Positions 38,401 to 48,138 of a stretch of DNA of 48,138 bases are shown one piece after another; within the stretch, counting starts at the first letter, position 1, and each line of letters opens with the position of its first letter. The notes below the pieces were generated by a model, which searched no databases, was not told the DNA's origin, and saw nothing but the letters and a program-made list of their open reading frames with translations. A program made the position numbers and the translations under genes. Origin of the DNA: Catajapyx aquilonaris (lineage: Eukaryota); assembly GCA_000934665.2 (NCBI GenBank), contig JYFJ02002970.1, forward strand, positions 1 to 48,138. The letters run 5' to 3'.

Positions 38401-41400
38401 GATTCCTTGTGAAAAACCAGTATATGGAAGTGAAGGTCATATTGCTCTATGATGCATGGTTAGGGCTCACGAGGCCTCCAAAGTTTGGGCCAAATCATGA
38501 CGTCACATCCGCCTGTGAAATTCAAACACTACCGTACCACTCCCGTCCGTGGTGTGTTGCCAGGGGTTGCCATGTTGACACCCCCTGACATTTCCACCCA
38601 ACAATGGAACCGTATAAATTCGCCAGGACGTTGCCAAGCACGCGGCGACGAAGGTATGGCAATGCCTGGCAATGTCCCGGCGAGTTGATACGGTTCCATT
38701 GTTTGGTGAAAATGTGGGGGATGTCAACACGGCAACCCCTGGCAACGCACCGCAGACAGAAGCGATACGGTAGTGTTTGAATTTCGCGGGCGGATGTGAC
38801 GTCATGATTTGGCCCAAACTATGAAGGCCTTGTGAGCCCTAACCAGACCTCGTAAAGCAATATGACCTTCACTTCCATATACTGATTTTTCACAAGGAAT
38901 CTCGCTACCTGAAGCTTGTGTGCCATTTACCGACCACCCTGTATTGAGCAAAACTTGGATTGGTTAAATACCGATTGATTCTTGCATAATTAACTTTAAC
39001 GTTAACTTTAACGTTAACTTTAACGTAAGAAATTTCGCACAGGTGAGGTTATATTATATTTTAAATTGGCCACACCATAATTATTAGCCCCGCCCCCTGC
39101 TGAGTTTTTTTATTCGAATTTAGACCGATTGGTGGGTAAATATTTCCCCCCTATTGGGTTACCAATCGCGTTAGTGTAAACAAACTCATCGCATTCTTGA
39201 AGTTTTAGAACATAACGCCCATCTCCTTTGAAATCGATACCTGATTGGTTGACCGGTAGGGGGTGGGGCTAATTATGGTTGCCAAGGACACAAGCCACCT
39301 CCCAAAACCCGTAAGTTATCTTGTCCCTACTGTAGCTTTGCAATGTCCATAAACCAAGCCCAAGGGCAGACATTGACTGTTGCAGGTTTACAATCAGAGG
39401 ATGTATGCTTTTCGCCTGGACAACTGTATGTTGGATGTTCATGTGTAGGAACCCCCAGCAATCTATTCGTCTATGCTCCAAAAGGAAAAACGAAAAACAT
39501 TGTATACCAGGAGTTCTTCCATAATTAGCAACATTAGGATGCAGCTGCCTTGTCAAGGTGAGCATCACTTCCAACAAAAACAATGGCTCTCCATTTCTGC
39601 ATTATTTTATCAACTAAGAAGTCTCGAACAATAGAGACCTGACATTACAACCTGTGAACAGCTCTGGCTCTCGCAGGACTTGATGCCATTGATGATAGCA
39701 TGACACCAGATTATCCCCTTTACAGGTAATGAAAAACTTTGGCTTATTGATTTCAATAACTACACAATGACCCATAAGGACAGTTTTAAGGCAGTGTAGG
39801 GGCATTCCCCTGGATTTCTATAGCAAAAACAAACACACCCACAAACATCCTCATTTATAGATATAGGCCTACCACCATAGCATACCCAGGCAACGCAGGG
39901 TAACCTGCTAGTATCAAATATTTGTCAGATGAAGCTTATATTGTAACCATTCTTACGATATCTCAAGCATTAACATCGTGACCTTGTCACGAAAGGTACA
40001 GTGATTTTTCCGTTATCCTGAATTTCAGGATAGCGGGAGATAAAGGGCTCATATATCACAAACCTTTAGTGCATGCATCCTGACATTAAAGGAGGGTGTC
40101 TTGAGCATCCTAAGTATAAGCCCAAGCCTGAGGTCCGCCAGTCCTTGCGTTTCATCTGGCCATAAGACCATACTGAGACCAGTCACAGATGTCATCAGGT
40201 CCGACACTGCCCTCAGGGGTTCAGCACGCAGCTGTTTTTCAGTCATCCCTTCCAGCAAGTCTCTCGCTGCCTTTGCACAAGGTTCCAAGGTCTGAGCGAC
40301 AACTGCAGGGTTGAGGACTGGGGCACAACATCCAACTGGCAAGAGCATTGAGGCCATGGCCACCAAGTTAGGTGAAGGAATGGAACTGAATGACTTTGCA
40401 ACCAGTTCCAAGCCACGCATCTCTCCAAATGTGTTCACCAGGTCAACAAGCCATCCCATTGGCTCCTTGCCCTCAGGACTCACTGCATAAGAACACCCTT
40501 CACCAAAAGACATCTCCCATTGCTGGCGATCAGACTCCTTGCCGCGGTTCTTTTGGTGCCATTCATTATCAGGATCAAATACCTGAAACAGATGCAAGAG
40601 TTACATGCAAAGTTTCCAATTGTAGACAAGTATCAGCAATGTAAAGGCAATAAGTCACATTCCTAAGAAATCAAATAGCAGTCAACTTTGTATTTCATTA
40701 TAATAATGCACTGCGTTATGATGCATTTTCCATTATTAATGTTCTAAAGTAACATACCAAGCTGAGAACTTGTGCCATCACAGGATGTGCACAGGAGGAG
40801 TCATGCTTGAGAAGCTCAACAACTAGCTCAATTAGGAGGTGGGACATCTGTAGAACTCCTTCCTGGACATCTGGCCTCCAACTGCGGACAGCAATGGAAG
40901 TGAACAGCTTGCGGAAAGCCTCAGGAAGGCACTGCTCCACAAAGCGACGCCATAGCTCTTCAGACTCAAATGTATCTGCAGTAAAGAAATACATAAATTA
41001 TCATTTTCTTGTGGCAGTTCATGGCAAACAAATCCATAACAATATCATGTTAATATATTAAATTGGGCATTACAAATCTCGATTCAAATTCTCTCAAATT
41101 TATTTAAAATAACTATTGAAAGAGGTTCTGATTACTCTCTCTGTAAAATATAATCCATCACACTCATCGCCATGCTATCATGGTCTTTGCCAAAGTATAT
41201 ATCACTGCTGTCACCACATTACATAACAGCAACATAAGAACTGTTGACACTGGTGTAAACATCAAAAGCCACACTTGGCACAACGATAGTAAATACTAGG
41301 CTGCAGCACAAAACTAGACAACTCACTGCAATGCACTTCTAATCATGTGCAGCTGACCAACTTATGGAGCTATGTTCAATATCTAAACAACTTCCCTAGA

Positions 41401-41983
41401 ATAATGGCCATACCTTCTAGCAATCTTTCTATGGTAAGGCAAACAATGGCTGTTGGATGATTGCCAACCTACCTTGCTTTACCATCCTGATGGCAGCCAG
41501 CAGGCACCTCCCAAGTGCCTCATCTCGCTTAAATGGGATGGACCATTGGCTGGTGAAGACACGGGATTCCAATTCGTACAAGTATGATCCTGGAAATCCC
41601 CCACCATCCTCCTCCCCCTCTCCACTCTCCATCATTGCACTGGCCCCTTCTCCTCCTGCACCTCCAGCACCACCAGTGACTCCAGCAGAACCCCCTCGCC
41701 CACCATCAAAGTCTTGCTTAACAGGCAGCATGGGCCCAATAGGAACCAATGCACGTGAATCAGTGGCATCCCCGCCAAGTCCCAGACCCTCAGATATCTC
41801 CACGGATGGAGGAGTGCGTGCAGAGGGAGGAAGGGGCCTCTCATGAGTGAGGTAGGACACAGCTTCAGACACGTCATTCCTCGACGCATGCAGTGCCTGA
41901 CGGATTTCTGTTACATCGCTGAACCCCATTGTCAGGAGAAGGGCGATGTTGTCATCCAAACTTGACTCCATTTCTTCTTGCAT
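23418..41983 (-). CDS. USP24: Ubiquitin carboxyl-terminal hydrolase 24-like (USP/C19 deubiquitinase), 30 coding exons, about 2543 aa
   Basis: Hand-assembled exons (minus strand, GT-AG, phases consistent): 41983-41473, 40975-40758, 40582-40064, 38011-37454, 36032-35901, 35457-35170, 35088-34900, 34803-34609, 34531-34425, 33670-33229, 32883(or 32925)-32735, 32639-32193, 32101-31899, 31698-31216, 31054-30490, 30271-30144, 29730-29595, 29531-29273, 29200-29070, 28669-28527, 28327-28195, 27833-27390, 27326-27227, 26872-26753, 26693-26489, 26320-26079, 24515-24450, 24388-24301, 24003-23678, 23522-23418 (TAG); total 7632 nt. The N-terminal UBA ([20 protein letters not shown]) and [26 protein letters not shown] match USP24 as I recall it, rather than USP9 or USP34. 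Also Cys box [23 protein letters not shown], His box [32 protein letters not shown] and C-terminal FQRTTSAQ. Confidence 0.93.
24681..25678. mobile_element. 998-bp non-autonomous DNA transposon with TTAA TSD and AGG termini (Kolobok-like), in USP24 intron 26
   Basis: TTAA|AGGGACACTCCACTCAAAATACAAGTTGGCCCCCAAAAATCGGGCAAAA ... TTTTGCCCGATTTTTGGGGGCCAACTTGTACTTTGAGTGGAGTGTCCCT|TTAA; TIRs of about 49 bp. Confidence 0.88.
25792..26038. mobile_element. 247-bp MITE with GAG..CTC termini and 4-bp TSD ATTT (Sola-like)
   Basis: ATTT|GAGGCGTCGGCGGGAAAAACCCCAT ... ATGGGGTTTTTCCCGCCGACGCCTC|ATTT; perfect 25-bp TIR. Confidence 0.85.
29070..29200 (-). CDS. USP24: USP24 exon carrying the catalytic His box
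   Basis: My translation is [43 protein letters not shown] (this frame is not in the ORF track); flanked by catag| and |gtaagg. Confidence 0.93.
30490..31054 (-). CDS. USP24: USP24 exon carrying the catalytic Cys box
   Basis: Encodes [22 protein letters not shown], with the catalytic Cys codon at 30584-30582; flanked by ccag| and |gtaagt. Confidence 0.95.
38083..38237. mobile_element. 155-bp GC-rich MITE with 3-bp TSD AAT (PIF/Harbinger-like)
   Basis: AAT|GGGGCCGTGCAGACGGGCCAAGCTT ... AAGCTTGGCCCGTCTGCACGGCTCC|AAT. Confidence 0.85.
38361..38941. mobile_element. 581-bp almost fully palindromic Tc1/mariner-type MITE with TA TSD
   Basis: TA|CAGGGTGGTCGGTAAATGGC ... GCCATTTACCGACCACCCTG|TA. The arms extend about 280 bp, which is why mirrored ORFs [10 protein letters not shown].. 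appear on both strands. Confidence 0.92.
38991..39026. repeat. 12-bp tandem repeat (TAACTTTAACGT)x3
   Basis: Three exact copies. Confidence 0.9.
39330..39911 (+). mobile_element. Helitron 3' remnant: C-terminus of the Pif1-like RepHel helicase plus a hairpin/CTAG terminus
   Basis: 39337-39528 encodes [43 protein letters not shown] (degenerate Pif1 motifs V/VI). The terminus is TACCCAGGCAACGCAGGGTAACCTGCTAG|T at 39883-39912. Confidence 0.85.
41473..41983 (-). CDS. USP24: USP24 first coding exon (UBA domain)
   Basis: ORF 41429..41983 begins [31 protein letters not shown]. Acceptor ttgaccag ends at 41990, just upstream of the ATG; donor G|GTAGG at 41472. Confidence 0.9.
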
Positions 41984-42738
41984 AGGTTACTGGTCAAAGA
42001 AGAGAACCACATGATTACTGCACAAGTCAAACTCACACATGTGCATCAGTTCTTAAGTCACATGTTGTTCACTTAAATACATTTAATAAAATCAATGCTG
42101 ATTGAACAATGTGCTATGCTTCAAATCAGGTATTACAATGGGCAATTCTGCTTAATCACATTTTAATTTTATTACAATTATAGTTAGTGAACAATATGCA
42201 ACTCAAAAATTACACATTATCTGCCATTGCCATAAAAATAAAAGTTCTGCAAGGAGCAGTGCACAATTTTCACAGGGATCCAAGCAAATACCTCAAAAGG
42301 CATGGCACATGCAAATATTCCCCATGCCCCTTTAAAAATGATAATGGCAAACAAGCTTCCTATGAAGATCGGCTGCAGTTATTTTGGATAGGTTATCATG
42401 GTTTAGAATGGGTAAAGGAGATGGCGAAGTTAGATAAGATTTAAGCAGCTGCGGACTTCATTTCCTTGACTGTAGCACTAGGTGCCAGTATTGTAAAGAA
42501 ATGATTCTAATCCACAACCCAGGCTGCACTTTGTTTGCACTAACTTAGTATGACCTTTTCTACATCGCAAATCATTTTGTGGATTACAGCTATAATTTAA
42601 TCAAAACCTTCATTCTATTGCTGTTCACTGTTCAAACAATTAATGGCATTGCATTATAAATTAATTGCAATAATTATCAGGAAAAACATTGTTTTAAAAC
42701 AGTCTATAATAAGGACCAGTCATCATTGCAGGTATTAA

Positions 42739-43051
42739 CTGCCTTTACATGCAAGCGATTTATCAGCAATGTTGCAGCGATGTACTATCAGTCCACCAAG
42801 AATTGTCGTAGCGGCAGCGCACGAACTACAGTCTACAAGCACTTCTCCATTGACTTCTCCCCCCGGAAGTGCTTGTAACTGTAGTTCGTGCACTGCAGCT
42901 ACGACGATTCTTGGTGGACTGATAGTACATAGCTGAGCGATGAAACCAATTGTTTGGGGCAAAAATATATTATTACCACCATTGCTATTTTCGCTCAGCA
43001 ATTTGCATCCCTGCAACATTGCTGATAAATTGCTCGCATGTAAACACGGCT
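42739..43051. mobile_element. Older MITE (Harbinger/Tourist-like) hosting a nested MITE
   Basis: TTTACATGCAAGCGATTTATCAGCAATGTTGCAGCGATG is inverted as CATCCCTGCAACATTGCTGATAAATTGCTCGCATGTAAA; ttaa/taa flanks; ends approximate. Confidence 0.65.
42785..42925. mobile_element. 141-bp palindromic MITE (CTATCAGT..ACTGATAG) flanked by TA
   Basis: TA|CTATCAGTCCACCAAGAAT ... ATTCTTGGTGGACTGATAG|TA; arms of about 60 bp. Confidence 0.88.
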
Positions 43052-43939
43052 TTAAACGGACATTCTCATGGGTGCAATGGACAAAATTAGGATGGAAATT
43101 AAAAATGTCCTTACATGCTTCGGGAAGGATCAAGAGGTTTTTACACCTCAATTCGCAGAAACACAAGTTATACACAAGATAGTAAAGTAGAAGTTATTAT
43201 ACACCCATCTTCCCCCAAGAGAGCACGGCTCTATTACGGGGTAAACAAAATAAAATAATAAAATAAAATAAAATAAATATTATACACCCATCTGCAACAA
43301 AGGGTGGGAAAATGCACTTGTGTGTTGATTGACTTATTGGACATCCAGTGAAATCAATCAAACACAAGTTCTTGCCTTCCATTGCAGCTGGATGTTACTT
43401 TATGGCATCAGATTCTTCCCTGCAATATTGTTGTTTGTTCAGCAAAACAATGCCATGATGTCACTCTAACAATGAATGACCCACACCCACAAATTCCATT
43501 GGAATGAGTTGCCAGGCAAACCTGCAAGCCATTCATTGGTAGCGAGAGTGACATCATGGCATTGTCTCGCTGAACTATACATAATCTAATGGATGCAAGC
43601 ACTGCCCGAGTCAGCCCCAATTACAGAGCAAACTTATACCCAATTTGCGGGACAGCCAAACACAAGCTTACACTATCCAGTGGGCAACAGTTTATCTCCA
43701 ACACATGAACAAATAGCCAACTTCTGCAAACATATCAACACCCCGTACTTGGCCTCATTACATTGTGAACTTTGCGTAAATCCATTTCTATTCTTCAGTT
43801 GCAAGCACAACGCCAAGTGTAACGTGCAGTGTACTGTACTCTAGGTTGAGCATATGCACAGCAGTTATGTAACAGCATGTCCAGTTCCGCCTTCGGAGCT
43901 GCCAACCTCACTCAGTGGGGCCCATCGAGGAGCCAAACA

Positions 43940-44660
43940 AACACCCTCAGGAACCTTATCCCACTTCAACCCTTGCTGGCTGGGGCCGGCCGCGTTGGCC
44001 CAACCCGTGCCGCCGGGAGATGAAGCGGAGTACCCACCTGTGTGCAGACGGCCCCCTCCGGCCTGGGCGAACTGTACAAAAGGATCGGCGGCAAGGGCCA
44101 GATGCGTAGAAAGTGCGAAACAGAAAGGGTGGGAGTTACTAAAAATACGGTTCAGTCACGAGGCCGCAATAAATCGGCCCTAGGAAGCCGCCATCTTGGC
44201 TTCATTTCGAATACTTACCCGTTCGCTTTTTTTTTGTTTTCTTTTTTTTTCGGTTTTTTTCTCTCTCTCTTTGAATGAGGCAATGGACGGCAGTAAACGC
44301 TATCTCAAATCACGTCGCGGATGAGGATCACCGCTAGTTTCAGAGCGACACTAGCTGCCAAAGCGATTGAGATTGGCCATATGGGCCATATGATTAGTTG
44401 TTGTCGTCGTCGTTGTTGCTGTTGATATTCTAGTTGTTATTGTTGTTGAGGTCTTCCCCCCCTCCTTCATGGAGAGCGATCGCAAAAAAAAAAGCACTGC
44501 TACCTGCAGAATCACTTGGGTGGGCAGGGCCACCCGGTGGAATCCGGTGAAACTGAGAAGGCGGCCGGCTGCCGGCTGGCTGGCCCTGGCTGGCCGAGGA
44601 AGGGGGTGGGGACGGGGAGAGGGAGGCGCCGCCGAAAGGTCCGGTGAGAGAACTTTTCGA
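43940..44660. promoter_or_regulatory. GC-rich probable bidirectional promoter/first-exon region
   Basis: CpG-rich. Minus-strand donor GG|GTAAGTAT at 44218 (candidate USP24 5'UTR exon), YY1-type GCCGCCATCTTGG at 44187-44199, plus-strand donor CCG|GTGAGA at 44644. Confidence 0.55.
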
Positions 44661-45833
44661 TGAGCACATGAACTGCAATTTATTGGGCATGTTGCCATTG
44701 TTATGAGAGGCTGCAACATTATTTTGCTTTTGCCATCACAGAGGTTCGAGCGGGTTCGAGATTTCAGAGCCAGGGTTGCCAACAGAATGGAAATCGCCAA
44801 AAAACTCCCGCAGAGTGGCGCCAAAATAAAATTCGCTGTAGGAGCGCGCAAATTAAACCATTTGAATGTTACGTGTATAATTTTAATTGGAAACAATACA
44901 GTGATATTATATGCTCAAATTTAAAATTTCTGTAGGGCTATACAGTATAAACAAGGTTTCACTTCCAGACATAGGCGCAGTTCGTCATTGATGAGTGCAT
45001 TGTGCAGGACACGTCTGGAAAAGATTGGTTTGAATTAATTTATGGACATCAATAATGTAGAAAGGGCGAATGTTGTGCAGTCTTTGGATGTGAGTTATGA
45101 CTGTCACTAATAATGCTTCTCATTGAGGTCAAAAGCAAAACCCATGCTGTAGACTCGGACTGCTCCAACTAAAAGGGTAGGCAACCCGCAATGGGGACAA
45201 TTATGGGCCTCCGGGGCGAAAACGGGCGTGGCACCAAATCTGAATTTGAATAGTATGATCCCAAGGACATTCCTACAAAATTCCATGCTTTTATTGCCAA
45301 GTGCACAGTTCACCCTTGACCTTTGACATGGAAGGCAACAATAAAAACGAAATTCATCGATTGCAGCATATCATACCAATTATTTTAGCTGCGAAATACA
45401 ACTGCCATAATTTTACTAATGTACTTTCCAAGTTTGCCAATTAATAAAGGGTTAAGCATTTACTTTGGAACACCCTCTTATAACGGTTATGAACATCATG
45501 AGCTACTAATTAGTAGCCTACAGTATCATTTTGCAATATTTCCACTCATTGAGTGGCTTTCCGGATTAAATTATTGTGAGTGACCAGTAGGCCAGTACGG
45601 TATACACCCCAGAGAAGCCAGCCAGGGCAGGTTAGAAGTCAAGTGTAAATGTGAACTGATCCTTTTAAATAATAATTAAAACTTGCTCATAGAGTTGGTG
45701 GTAATGAATAAGCAGCTTCATTCCAAAGCAATCCCTTATTCTCCAGTTTCCTCCCGCAGTCCAAAAATCCTTCTTTCCCTCTTATCCTCCCCTATGGCAG
45801 ATAGCTGTAGTTGCTTTGGCTCCCCAAGGCCCC

Positions 45834-45951
45834 TAGTCTGATGACCCGGGGTAAGCTATCCCGGGGGCAATCACCATGGCAGCATATGTAAAAGGATAGC
45901 AGTAAACAACCAGTTACCCCAGGGGGCAAGCTACCCCGGGTCACCAGACTA
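45834..45951. mobile_element. 118-bp inverted-repeat MITE
   Basis: TAGTCTGATGACCCGGGGTAAGCT ... AGCTACCCCGGGTCACCAGACTA; no long TSD seen. Confidence 0.7.
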
Positions 45952-47196
45952 TATACCCAAATCAACCAACCAAAACGGCGTTATGGATACCGGTATGGCA
46001 ATATTTCAGTTGGAACACACTGCAGTACAGGTAGTTGTTTAGTCAGCACAAGAGTTCCACGGGCTGGATTTTACAATGTTTAGCTGGTATTCTACTTTTT
46101 TATGTGTTGAAGTCTTCATCTCTATTGGAGTGTGCTACACCTGATGCTCAGTTGAGATTATTCATTGAATGGCATGGCATCCAACAATGTTACAATACTG
46201 TAAAGTGGAAGTAATACCTGAGATTTGTTTTATCTTCTGGATGTAAATAAAGAAACTTATTTCATGCCATAGTTCTTGGTCTTCTTGTCCTTATTTTCGT
46301 TCCCTGTTGCTCCATATTTTTTGGCGCTCATTCTTCTCCTTATCTTTACGTTGCTCTTTTCGTATCCTGAATGAAATAATTTGCGTAATAAGTGTAATGG
46401 TCCCAGAGGAGGCTGAATATAAACTCATACCTGCTTGTGGCTCGGACTTTTGTGACGGAGTCACACGTCTGTGTGCAACTCTCTGCCTGTATCGCTCCAT
46501 GGAGAGGGGATTGGCATGGACTCACACTCCAAAAGTCTGAGCCACACACAGATGGAGGGATGGGAGTTAGACCTTTCCTAATATGTAAAGGCTTACTTAT
46601 GCTTCTCCTGCTCGGTCTTGGCCTTCATCCTTCGCCTAACTGGTTCAGGAGCAGGTGGCAAATCAACTTCTTGCAGCTCCTGGCAGTCCATCATTTTGTA
46701 GATAGCCACCTGATGAAGCGAAAATGGGATTATTTGATTTCCTGCTCATACTAGAAACTGAGTGCTTACTCAATTGGGTATGCAGGTGTACACTACCAAG
46801 TATGTGCACAAAATGTGCAGGGAAAATTTTTGAATAACATGGACTAGTCTTTACCAAACATGTTGCAACATCATCAACAAAGGTGATGTCAATCCACAGA
46901 TTGGAGTATACATAGGTATGGAGTATGGGGGTGTGGCTGGCCCAAAATGCAGCATAACTGCATGTTTGGCCAACTGCATTGGTGTGTACACCTTTAGGTG
47001 GGGACCAATCAAAATGAAGCAACTGTCACAAAAATTGTGGAAATTGCATTGAATGTTCGTGAAAGTAAGACATTAACACTAAAGTCATGATTTTTCCTAA
47101 TGCATTTTGCCCAGATAACTGCAGATTACATCATCATAGTTGGCATATGGGAGCATAAAAATTCACATGGTATTATGGTAGATGTGTAGCAACACT

Positions 47197-47273
47197 ATGT
47201 GGCGAAGTATTGAAAAGTCAGTTATGAATCAAGCTCTAGTGCAGTGGGACGATGAAGAAGGGCCAGGAGGAAG
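47197..47273 (+). CDS. Candidate first coding exon of a divergent plus-strand gene (MWRSIEKSVMNQALVQWDDEEGPGG..)
   Basis: ATG at 47197, open frame to a strong donor AAG|GTAAGA at 47274, with a possible acceptor (ttttgcccag) near 47114. No homology recognised. Confidence 0.3.
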
Positions 47274-48138
47274 GTAAGATAAATAAAACTTAATTGTTTG
47301 TGCATGTGTTGGCAATGTTATGGGGAAAAATGCAGACCTGTACATTCCAATTTGAGTTAAAAAACCATCCTTTCCAGTAACCAAAATGTTTTCACAAATT
47401 CTTAGGACATTTATGGTCTAAAGACATAATTCTGTAATAACACTGGAAACATAACAATCCTGCTTGCACAAGGGGTATGATCATATGCAGCATTGCTACC
47501 TTTGCTATAAGGTAAAGTTTCTTAGCCATAAGGAACGGAATCTCAAGCTGTCAAACTTAGGTGACATGTTCTGACAACAGCAATTAATCCTCACCCTTCC
47601 ATCCATGTATTCCGCTGGTGGCATCACTGGTAGGTTGCCTGTCCTCATGGGTACCTTATACTTGATCCCAACAATTGACCTCCGCAGTTGGGGTGGGAGG
47701 AAAGAAAGATCTTCCTTATTCAGCAGGGCACAATTACTGTCTAATCCCTGAAATCATTGGTCGAAAATGTTATGCAGGGTATTCTTGTGCAACTGAAGAT
47801 ACAACCAAGAAAATGTATCACTCTGCTTAGACAAGGCAAAGGTTAATAGTGCTATTGCGTTATTTTCTTTAATTGAGAAGACTTTAACCTTTTGAGGCCT
47901 ACGTGTATCATATGAGGATTTGCGGGTTTTTGATCTGGGCGGGCTAGAGTTTAGACAGAAATGGCGCAGTTTCAGGCTCAAACTGCTCCTACCACCTCGT
48001 GGAAGGGGGCTCATCTACCATGGTGTATTTTAATCAGTTTTTCCGCCTCCCAGCGTGAGCTAAACATATCCCCTCCCGCGGCATCAGAACAGAGGGTGTG
48101 CCGTAAGTCTGGACTCTTTGGAGTTTCTGATATTATAG

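Noticed and set aside
38376..38817. Mirror-image ORFs on both strands
   Set aside because: An artefact of the palindromic MITE; no transposase motifs.
40010..40036. 13-bp hairpin near the USP24 exon 3 donor
   Set aside because: Too short and isolated to assign a function.
44771..45190. CAGGGTTGCCA hAT-like terminus
   Set aside because: Only a poor partner (AGGCAACCCG at about 45179) and no 8-bp TSD.
45838..45880. CTGATGA followed by a stem-loop (hammerhead ribozyme-like)
   Set aside because: No GAAA follows stem II (it reads GGCAA); the sequence is explained as a MITE arm.
46705..46740. CTGATGA-AGC-GAAA hammerhead-like core
   Set aside because: No complementary stems I or III.
137..48014. 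Most short ORFs in the supplied track
   Set aside because: They are antisense or alternative-frame shadows of exons, repeats or low-complexity DNA, with no recognisable domains. No CRISPR array, rRNA or prokaryotic operon features were seen.

Overview
Intron-rich eukaryotic (invertebrate animal, possibly arthropod) genomic DNA; nothing prokaryotic such as CRISPR or operons. Three protein-coding genes lie on the minus strand. (1) A complete USP24-like deubiquitinase with 30 coding exons (41983..23418, about 2543 aa, N-terminal UBA domain, intact Cys and His boxes). (2) A complete 4-coding-exon ALG2 mannosyltransferase (21570..16551, 410 aa). (3) The first three coding exons of an unidentified gene with a low-complexity N-terminus (12175..8084), which probably continues towards or past the left edge. 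Exon models were assembled by hand from GT-AG sites and phase continuity. Introns and intergenic DNA hold many non-autonomous mobile elements: Helitron-like elements (a 540-bp head-to-tail tandem, an A|TC...CTAG|T element, and a Pif1-helicase remnant), tRNA-derived SINEs (two sharing a head but with different tails), and MITEs with TA, AAT, ATTT, TTAA and possibly 8-bp target duplications, some nested. A probable bidirectional promoter lies at about 44.2-44.65 kb. I found no convincing wholly new biological system; the best leads concern the mobile elements, motif clusters and the unidentified gene.
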